Shown here one piece after another: positions 54,393-64,000 of a DNA stretch of 64,000 nt. Origin of the DNA: Kudoa neothunni (lineage: Eukaryota; Animalia; Cnidaria); assembly GCA_964304625.1 (NCBI GenBank), contig OZ199838.1, positions 12,192,524 to 12,256,523 of the forward strand, read 5' to 3'. The position numbers and the translations under genes are program-made. Each line of letters begins with the position of its first letter. Position 1 is the first letter of the stretch. The notes under the pieces are model-generated. The model saw only the letters and a list, made by a program, of their open reading frames with translations, was not told the origin of the DNA and searched no databases.

Positions 54393-54999
54393 GTTTACAC
54401 ATAATCAAAATGTCGGTTCACGGGCGACGTCAATATTGATTTGAATGATAATTTATAGCAGCACTTTCCTATTCATTTTAGTTCCCCCATCCCTCACCAC
54501 ATATGGGGGTAACTCCGAATCCCCTGTCAAAAAAAATATTTAAACAAGGATTTATTTTTAGGCGGAAAAAATATTTCTACTAAAATTGCATGGCAAGAAA
54601 ACGAATGTAAATAAAATATATACATCTGGCAATTAATAAAATGTTTTAACTTTTTGGGATAATAATTAGGTTAACACGGGGCTCTTTATTAACCAACGAT
54701 ATGTATTAATTATAATTTGTATAAAAACGAATATATATATAATATTTTAGTGCAAACTATTAATGTGAAAATCGCGCACGCGCGGAATGTTTTTGTAGAG
54801 TTTTGTTTTAATTATAAATTTTAAAATTAAATGAGAAAAATGAAGAGGTGATTCATTTTAAAATATACCGTTTTAATTAATATAATTTATTGGATGCTAA
54901 TCGATTCTAATTTTAAGTATAAAAATCTAAAATAATTCAACAACCAAATAATAAATTTAATTTTGACACTAATTTTTTGTTTGTTTATGAAGTAAAACC

Positions 55000-55540
55000 C
55001 TTGGCGCAACTTATTAGGCTATGGAATTCTGGTTGGTCAGACCTCTTTCATTAACGCTTTAGGCACCACAGATGTGGTAGTGTGGAACTTTACCCCACTA
55101 AACATCCTCGTTTCGGAGCAACCGCCACCCAAACCATACCCTGGACAAACGTAGAATTATTCTGGGGAAGTTATCTGAATGTAGACTTCGGTTACACGGA
55201 AAACACCTTCTGGGTTTTATTTCGTTCCTGTACCCAGACGTTTATGAGCTATGAGCGCCCGAATTCTACCCTTTCGCCAGGCTCCTCTCTAACTGCAAGC
55301 AAGGCCACGATAAATCGTAGATCCTTGCGATTATTACAGCTCTCCTACTTAATTTCGAATTAGGAGTACAGGAACTCCCGGACTAGGCTTCGAATTCACA
55401 TCCGCAAGGTACGCTATCTCAACCTAACGTCATCATGCCACGTTGTCCAGGCAGGCGACTCAATGTGTGAGTCTCGGGCCCATAGTAACTGTCTCTAAGA
55501 CTCCTTGGGGGTCCGAGAACACCCAATCGGGAAGTCGTGA
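55000..55540 (-). mobile_element. GC-richer foreign fragment, possibly a non-LTR retrotransposon relic
   Basis: Sharp rise in GC; stops in all minus-strand frames; no diagnostic RT motif recognised. Confidence 0.25.
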
Positions 55541-55549
55541 CTTAAGGCT

Positions 55550-56046
55550 ATTAAACTCAGTAAGAAGAAGGCAGAAATGCCTAAAATGCTTTTATGAATA
55601 AGTGTTTAAGAACTATTTATAAAACTATTATCAGTCAGTCTCTTTCTTTTATGCCTCGTTTATCTTTAGAGATGTGGTCTAATAATAATACTTAAAGTGG
55701 CTATTCGCATAGTAAATAATATTTGGGTGAAACTAATTTTGACTATTATTTAATTATTTCTGACTCTAAGAGCAAAGGAATAGACAAGAAATAATTAAAA
55801 TTAGGAGAATTTAAAAAAATAAAATCTTTAGACAGCTTGTGAATCAAATTTTCTGGAAGTAAGACTTTTCATTACACAGGCGTACATATCTTTTAAGATT
55901 AGAATTTACCCCTCCAATAGTCCCTGCATACTTAAGCTAGTATAGAGCCTTAAAGTAGACATGAAATCGGCTCCCAAATTAAGGGGGTAAATTTGGGGTT
56001 TTGACCAAGCCGGGGATAAAGTTTAAAAAACAGTTGAGAAACCATG
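55550..56046 (+). mobile_element. 5'-truncated copy of the 29654-30251 hAT MITE
   Basis: Shares AAACTCAnTAAGAAG, AAAATGCTTTTA, CTCGTTTATCTTT, ACTTAAAGTGG, AGAATTTACCCCTC; ends GTTGAGAAACCATG. Confidence 0.8.
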
Positions 56047-56419
56047 GCCTAACTAACTCATAATTTCCTTTCCGAAAACTTAAAATTTTGGAAGCATAAA
56101 TTTAAAAACAGCAACTGAACCTTTTGCATAATTTTACGAGTAAAATAAGAATATGTACAAGGAATATAATTAGCCATAGAATTTAAACCGCACGAAGTTG
56201 TTAATGTTCGTTGCCAATGTTAAAGGAATCAAGCATCACCGTAAATAGAAACATGAACTTTAAAAAAAGGCGGTGGTATTATTGACATACATACATACAT
56301 ACATAAAATAAACTTAATCAATAAAAAATCAACAAAATAAAAACATTCAACAATAAAACGTGACAATTTACACATTTCAAAAAGTAATACAAACGTCTGC
56401 CAGCATGCTAGCTGGTCGG

Positions 56420-58687
56420 TTAGGTGTAGGAATTTTTCATCCTGATAACAATAGGAGCCGATGTACAAGGAACAACACCTAGTTCGGTGGCGAGGGCGGA
56501 TATAAATTTAGGAAGGATAACATCATAGGAGAGATTGAGCATGCAGACAGTTTTTGCATTTTTCCAATTCTCAAAATGATACGGTGCATTGGGGGTGCTG
56601 GTGATAAGCTCGTGAGGATCACCTACAACAAGTAAGTCATATGTTAATTAATGATGTGGATATTTGAATTACAAAGCTCATTGTAGACGATTGCATCAGT
56701 CTGAGCTCGTTCCGAAAATTTGTACGACTCGCAACAGACCAAAACAGGAACATTAAAAGCGTTAGCGACTGTTGTCACCATTGCGCTGCCAACTCTGCTG
56801 ATGACAGCTCCATTTGCTAGCAGTCCATGGGCGCCAAGGAGAACCTTGGTAACCTATATAAACCATTATAAATTGTATAAAAATTTCCCAGAAGATTTTG
56901 ATCTTAATGAAAGAGAATACACTACCTTTTTCATCACATAACTAATGCCATTGATGCCAGTGTAAGTGCATTCGATGCCGATTTTGGAGAACTTGTCAAG
57001 CATTTTCCTACCTAGAAATTATCGAAATTTGAAACTCTTCTTACACCTTATCGAATCAACTCAAAATTTACCTTCAAATCTGGGTTTAGAGTCAACAATA
57101 ATCAATTTTATATTCTTTTTTCTGTTGATAGCCTCAACAAGTATATCGCTTATAAGGGAGGAACTGCCAAGCATAAATTAAAAGCTTAAATAAATTCAAA
57201 TGAATTTACCATGCGTAGGTTAGAATCACATCATTATTATTAATTTTAGCTTGTGTCACATTGACAATAGTGTTGTGTGCGTTGATAATTCTATTTTGAT
57301 AGAATTGGTCCAGTTTTTTTAACAAATCTTCCTTACTCTGATAACAAATTCAAACCGATTAAGAGTTTAAAGAAATTCACCTCTTCTTCTGTAAGAGTGT
57401 ACGGTAAAGTTGTGATATTAAATTTCAAATATTTTATAATATTGCCCATACCAATGGACAATGGCCTGCATTGATTTAGAAAACTAGACAACCAATAGAA
57501 TAAACATTCAAATCTACAATAAAGTGTCACCTTATTGGTGGTCTCAAAGATACTTCCATATCCCTGGAGAGAACCTTGTCACTTGGAGTTTTGTAATTTA
57601 TAACGAACTAATGTCAACCAAGTGTCACAACCAAAATCTTCAACAATAATTACATTTCTAAGTGCCATCAATAAAGCTATTGATCTAGCGTTGGATCCAA
57701 TCAATATTCCATCGGAGTATTTTAAACCAAGTACAATAAAATCATATCCAATACTAGTGGATAATGAACTACACAACAGAAGATTAGTGACAATTTAAAA
57801 TTCAATCAATCTCTAGCTGAACACACTTGAAATTCTGCTCAATTATATAAGGTTTGTCGTATTGTTTTAGATGAGAAAATATAACCATTTTTCGAGTAGT
57901 TTCCACACGAATAGGTATCTGTCGGTGACAAATAATCATCTACTTGAGATAAATTGATATAGATTGATTACATTTTGTTTGCTGAGCTTTTTGTTCATTT
58001 TCTTATGGAAACGAGGATCATCCATATGATTTCGTGACCGCACAGCTTTCTCGCTTTGGCCTTGATCATCTAAGGTGGTGTTCTTTGATGGATTCGAATC
58101 ATTTAAGAGTGCGACTTCATCTACAACAGCTACATTTTGTTGACCGCTCTTACCCTTGGTGGACGCATTTTCTGTCAAATTCATTTCGTTTAATGTTTGA
58201 TGGATATCTGGTTCGTCATGGTTAGGAATTGATTCAATAACGGGACGAGACGTCTCTTTGTCTTTGTTGTCCGGTTTTTTCTTTGTGTCACACTGGTTAA
58301 CCACTTTCTTTTGTGGTTTAACCTTTTGTGGTAAGCCTTTACTAATCCGTTCTAATTTTGCCGCCCGTTGAGCTTCCTATTCAATGACAAATTCAATAAC
58401 AACAATATATCCACAGTTAACTTTTGCGGGTTTATCGCCAGCACTAATGACCATTAAAAACCACATGAACAAACGTTACCTGCAGAGCTCTTCGTTCCGA
58501 TTTAGTTAGCTTTGTTTTAGCTGGTTTTAAATCAGCATTTACAGTACTGTTTTTTTCTATTTTTGGTTCATTTGCTGACACACAATTTTGATGATGTTCA
58601 TTACATCTCGTTGAATCTTCTGTTTCTCTGGAAAAATAACGTTAGCTGATGGGATAAAGAAAAGATAACACGTATTAGTTACTTCAT
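56420..58687 (-). CDS. EIF2B4: Translation initiation factor eIF2B subunit delta
   Basis: TKSERRALQ|[103 protein letters not shown]. Confidence 0.93.
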
Positions 58688-59759
58688 TTTTCTTCAACTT
58701 AAAATTTAAGTTCTTTCACCAAAATAATAACCTAGCTACCGACTAATCCCGATCCTTGCACGATTCATTTGCGATACTCACCAGGTTGCCACATTGTACA
58801 TTGTTACGGGACCTTTTTATTGAAGATAATAGATTTTTGTTCGTTTGAATATTAGTTTTGTTCCAAAATTTAAATTAGATTTTTACATTTATTGTAGAAT
58901 GTATTGTATGGTTTTTAGGTGTGTAAATAGAATAATTTATCAATAAATAATTAAATATCAGCGTACATTCAAAACATAATCATTAGGCGTGTACGGTTCA
59001 ATCGTGGATTTCGGGGGATTAAATTCAATTTAATTTGATACACGCGTTTAATGCCGAATTAGGTGGTATGATGATGTTCCCAATCAATAATCCATGATAC
59101 TCTGCGCGCGTGCTAATTTTTCTTAACTTGTAACACTGAGTAGAGATTTAACTAACCAAATAATAATTAGTCTTAACTCAATTAATCGGTGATAAGCTTA
59201 GAAAGGTTTGCAGTCGCATGTTTGTGGTGATTATGGGTGTCATTGTTATTCTAAAATTTCTGTTGGAGAATTCGTCGTGCGACGAATAAGATCACTTTTA
59301 TTTTGGTTAAGTTGTATAAAACGATACAATTTTATTAATATTAAAAAGGATATTTTTATATCAGTGGTTATCAATCGGTGTTTGGTGAGCTAGCGTCAAG
59401 GATTCGACGCATCGACGGATGAGGAAATTTTTACTGTTGGTTGTGCGAAACGTACATCAAAGATTTAATAATACCGATTGGAAGTTCCTTCTTGTTATTT
59501 AACTACAGAGACGGCCATTTAAGTTCACAAATATTTAAAACATTAAGTTTATTGTTAAATCTTATAAAAATAATGATAGTTTATTTGAATAATTCACCAT
59601 TTAAGTAAGGACTCCTCACCATCTATTACGTTTTCTTTATGATGAATACACGGCTTCTATGTGCAATAAGCATTCTGCGTTTTCACTATTCATGTCTAAT
59701 CGCATCAATCTTGGCCCATTTGTTGTTTTTATTTAGTATTGCTGATTATTATAAATATG

Positions 59760-60715
59760 AAAATGGTCAGAAGAGTACATTAAATATGGGATCTCTGCGG
59801 TAACCGATTAACATGGAAGTCAGCATTAACCATATATTGCGGTGTAATGTTGTATTAGGCAATTATAACCTCGTAACCTGTAAAACTAGATGATCGTTTT
59901 GTAAACCTTCATGATAATATCCAACACAAAAATGCAATAATCGCCGATTTTATAGCTAAAAGAATAAAACTGGAGCTAATAAAAACTTTAACATGTCTGG
60001 ATTTTGTGTGAGTGAGAAACGAGTTTGAAAGGCATCATGCAAAACTTCGTATTTGATTGTTAAACTAAATAAGCCTCGTACAATCGGTGATTATGAGTGA
60101 GGTCAACTTCTGTGAAAAGGGGAGATATTCTAATAGAACGGGCTGCTGAACCTAATTTGTCTAAAGTCTCATTTTTTGAAGGAATTATACTAAGTTAAAT
60201 TATGAATATGAATACTGCGTTCAAAAGAAAGTTCCATAACGTCCATAAAACACTTCACAACAAAGAACAGTACTCTAACTGGACTGATTGTTTATATGAA
60301 TAGGGAGAGAAAATGTAGCGATTAATAACGACGTTGAATTGACAAAATAACAAATTTATTCAGGAATAAATCTTCAGTCATCTACTTGAAAATTTTTAAT
60401 TACATTTAATAACACGTGTATAAACGTTAAAGTGAGCAATGACATATGTTATGGCTAATAGATAGCGCGGACAGGGATTAGGATTATTATTAGTATTGGT
60501 ATCACGTTGGAGTTTCAAATATTGTTTCTATTCGCGTTGCTCATACTTCACAACATATTATCGCGAATAATGGAACATCTGCTTTCAAGCCCATTTAAAT
60601 TCAATCTCCATCTTGATACTTGATTTTGAGAGCGATATGAGAATCGCATTGACTACAATCAAGATTAGAATTTCTAAAATAATTAATGAAAAAAAGAAAC
60701 AAATTTTATATTACT
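59760..60715 (+). mobile_element. Internally deleted Buster/Charlie-type hAT transposase relic
   Basis: EEYIKYG, PVKLDDRF, KASCKTSYLIVKLNKPRTIG (cf. ASYxVAxxIAKxxKPHTIGE), LDFESDMRIALTTIKIRISKI (cf. LDVExDMRVALSxIxPRI). Confidence 0.75.
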
Positions 60716-60801
60716 TTTATTTTTGATGATACAAAAAACTTATTCGTTATTTAGTTCTTAATTTTACTTAATGTTGAATAAGGGTTATACGAATTATATG
60801 C

Positions 60802-60825
60802 ATATATATATATATATATATATAT
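60802..60825. repeat. (AT)n microsatellite
   Basis: ~12 AT units. Confidence 0.95.
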
Positions 60826-61376
60826 GATGGGATAGAATATGCAATAAATTGAGCATAATTCATTCAAAAAGTTTTATTTAAAGCTTTTTCCCGTAAATTG
60901 TTAAAATTTTACTTTACATCTAGTAATAAATTTTCAAACAATTCGATATTTTTTATTTTAAGACGATGTTTAGCCGAGAAGGATTATGACAGACGCAATG
61001 TGCCTTATTTTATTTAACCTTTAAATAGAATGAGGTAGACCTCTACCCCAAGCGGGGTTTGTCGTCACATTTATGACTTTAATAGGAATCCAGTCTTATT
61101 GATACTCCCTCTAATATTTTATAATCGTTGATTCTTTAGATGAACGTAAAATAAAATTTTTTAAATAAATATTAAAAAAGTCAATGCAAAAACACTCTCC
61201 AAGTAAAATGGGGTAGAATTCTTCCCCACGTTTTTTTGATCAAAAAAATTCAATATATATAAAAAATAATTATAGAACAAATTTCAGAAAATTCCATAGA
61301 GTAAATTTTTAAAAAATGAGTAAATATACTACAAAGTTTCCGAGTTCGATTGCGCAACGCTAAACGATAATTAATA

Positions 61377-63190
61377 CAGTAGGGTCTCGATATTGCGTGA
61401 GTCGATACGGCGTAATTAAAGATTTTTGGTTCAATCAAACTCAAAATTACCGAAATCGACGGTCTCGCTATTGCGTGGCGTTTTGGATAAAATAATCCGA
61501 TGAATCCTATATTTGACCCCCCCCCCCCCCAAAAAAAATTAATGGTAGGACGATCTCAGAGAAGCATAGAAGAAAAAAATTTAATATTACGACTCGATTA
61601 AAACAATAGCTGGGGCAAAAATGATGACAATGAAACATTTTAACCTGCCAAATAATGACTAGATTTTGGTTTTCGATAAATCAGGATAGGAAATTCCTCT
61701 CTCGATAGAATATTATCAAAAAAAGATGAACTTATTAGTTCAAATGTCTCAATTGACCGAATACGAGTTTCACGGGGAAAATACACTCAGATTGAAAGTG
61801 AGTTGTATAATTGGATAGTTAGCATGCGAGAAAAAAAGAAAAACATCTCAAAATTTATAATTAAAGAAAAGGCGATGCTTATAGCACATGATCTTCATGT
61901 CAAAGATTTTCGTTCCAGTAATGGGTGGTTTTGTAATTTCAAAAAACGGTTCAGTTTGAAAAATCAAAAGCTTCACGGCGAGGCATGTAGTGCGAATGTG
62001 ATGGCATCTAATGAATGGATTGGACAATATTCGGATGTAATAAGTAATTACAATAATGAAAATATATTTAATCTTGACGAATTTGCTCTTTTTTAAGAAC
62101 AACTTCCCAAACGTACTTATCGTATTTATACAACAAAAGGCGAAATCGAATTGAGGGGTTGTAAACGATCAAAAAAAGAGTAACCGTGTTGGTAACTGCA
62201 TCATTGGTTGAAGAAAAACTTTCGCTTTATGTTATTGGTAAGTTTCAAAAACCACGTTGTTTTAAAGGGGTGAATGATTTCCCTTGCAAATATTTCTCTC
62301 AAAAAAATGGTTGGATGTCAGCGGCTATTTTCTATGAGATACTAAAAGATTTGGACAACAAATTTTTTAGAGAAAGTAGAAACGTTCTTATGTTATTAGA
62401 TCAATGCCCTTCTCATCGTTAATCAATTAATTCATTTACAAACATCAAATTATTATTTCTCCCAAAAAATACCACCAGCATCGTCCAGTCAATGGATCTC
62501 GGTGTTATTAATAGTCTTAAGGCAAACTATAAGAAAATATTGGCCCAAAATCTTATATTTGACGACGATGCTACAAATGTTCCGAAATACACCATATTAG
62601 ATTGTCTAAATACATTAAACAATGCTTGGGAAACAGTTATTAATTCAGTTATACTAAATTGTTTCAAAAAATCTCCTATTTTCGGTAGTGATAGTTTTGT
62701 TGATTTTGAAATATTTAATATACATACAGAAAAATCATTAATTGATTCGAATTATGAAAACCATGAAATTGTTGACGGTATTAATTGTTGCTTATCTGGT
62801 TTGATTATATTACATGACCTCGATGACGTTGGCGCTATGGAAGAGGCTGAAACTGCTCATGATGATGCATCTTACAACTCCAACACAAGCAAATTAAATA
62901 ATTCTATATGTACTGAAGACTCCGATTTTGATTTGGAAAAATAAACAGTTTCAACGAAACAACTAAAATCCTCGATCAGCACAATTAGAAGGGCCTTTAT
63001 AGCTGAAAACCTTCAGCTTTGCTCTCTCTACGTCCTGTTATGGATCATTTATACGAAATATTTAAAAAACGTGAGAAACAAACTAAAATAGATAACCATT
63101 TCATCAAAAAATCAGAATATTATTTGTATGTGAGCGTGCGGGAAGCCTCGATATTGCGAGTGGCCTTGTCATTGCGTGGTAGAATGTTGC
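61377..63190 (+). mobile_element. Tigger/pogo transposon with disrupted transposase
   Basis: TA|CAGTAGGGTCTCGATATTGCG terminus; CENP-B-type HTH (LYNWI...SNGWFCNFKKRF...LHGE); DDE motifs NLDEFALF, LLDQCPSH, MDLGVI; stops/frameshifts; CTCGATATTGCG recurs at ~63147; right TIR missing. Confidence 0.9.
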
Positions 63191-63349
63191 CCGTTGTTCC
63201 AGAGCCTTCTAGCAATTTTTATGATGGTCAACTCATCCACAAGCTGTATACAGATTTTATTTTTTGGATTTTGCTAAATCAAATTAATTCTTTCCCAATC
63301 CTTCGTTCTTATGAACCAGAAATAATTAAAAATAGTAAAAACTAACGGC

Positions 63350-63631
63350 ACTTGAATATTATTCACCGTGAAAATACTCATTTTAAGCATTAATATTATT
63401 ATTAGGCTACATCATTAAAAGATAGAGGAGACTGAGAATAGTTTTATAAATAGCTGTTAAAGGCTTATTCCTGAAAACATCTTAAGAATGTTTACCCAAT
63501 TATTATTGAGTTTAATTGCCCCGAATAATACAATTCCGTAGAAATCCGGAAGTATGCCTCAAACCCATAATGCAAAAATTCTCCCTACCTAATTTTGGTG
63601 TCATTTAATTTACCCCGGTTGAGAACCCCTG
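63350..63631 (-). mobile_element. Partial inverted copy of the 29654-30251 hAT MITE
   Basis: Reverse complement starts CAGGGGTTCTCAACCGGGGTAAATTAAATGACACCAAAATT, matching the left part of the 29654 copy; flank CTCTATAG. Confidence 0.78.
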
Positions 63632-64000
63632 CTCTATAGGATTTGCTAAAATTTGTTCTAAAATTTTTTTTATACATATTGAATCTTTTAATCAAAAAAA
63701 TGTGAGGTTAATTTCTACCCCATTTTACTTGGAGGGTGTAAATTTTTGAGTGACTGCTTTAATTCATTTGTTGTATTTTGTTTGCGAAAATACAACAAAT
63801 ATTTGAAAGGTAAACCTAATCGCCGACAACAGTTTTTGTTGGATCTCTCCGCTTCTTTGAATGAAAGCCACTAGAGGAGAAGAGCTGAAACCCAAAGGAT
63901 TGGATATCAAACGTTCTCTTGAGGCAGTTTGGTTTAAATTCAATGAGAATAATACGTCATTTACGGAAGCTAACAATGTAAATGTCCGGAAACGATGTTG

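Larger units (their letters stand above)
61192..63739. mobile_element. TIR element (~27-bp TIRs) hosting nested insertions; superfamily uncertain
   Basis: ACACTCTCCAAGTAAAATGGGGTAGAA at 61192 versus TTCTACCCCATTTTACTTGGAGGGTGT ending 63739 (1 mismatch). Confidence 0.8.

Noticed and set aside
8764-58687. Functional stress-response cluster (IRE1, eIF2B-delta, AARSD1)
   Set aside because: Genes are tens of kb apart with unrelated genes between; no evidence of co-regulation.
27173-58687. Pseudogenes or an alternative genetic code explaining the fragmented ORFs
   Set aside because: Where traced, the interruptions are resolved by short GT-AG introns with frame preserved under the standard code.
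1-64000. tRNA, rRNA, CRISPR arrays, prokaryotic operons; remaining short AT-rich or antisense ORFs
   Set aside because: None recognisable; the sequence is intron-rich eukaryotic DNA, and the leftover ORFs are shadows of real exons or low-complexity noise.

Overview
AT-rich eukaryotic DNA, almost certainly animal (Integrator, band-4.1 FERM, BRCA1/BARD1 family). Genes are broken by many very short (~35-60 nt) GT-AG introns, so the ORF track shows only exon fragments; exon joins below are my manual reconstructions. Nine host genes: an IRE1-like ER sensor with a fully degenerate kinase domain but intact-looking KEN RNase (+, 8764-15367), INTS8 (-), an LRR/BC-box protein (+), a ~350-aa RING-BRCT-BRCT protein (+), an LCAT/PLA2G15-family lipase (+), AARSD1 (+), a FERM + tandem Tudor-like protein (-), DDX49 (-) and eIF2B-delta (-). 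Intergenic DNA and three ~3-kb introns hold decayed DNA transposons (piggyBac, Merlin, hAT/Buster, Tigger/pogo, Helitron) and MITEs with recognisable TIRs/TSDs, several nested. Best candidate for a novel system: the kinase-dead, RNase-intact IRE1, whose mRNA has a CUGCAG hairpin at its start codon. Divergent proteins and tiny introns suggest a compact, fast-evolving, possibly parasitic lineage (inference only).
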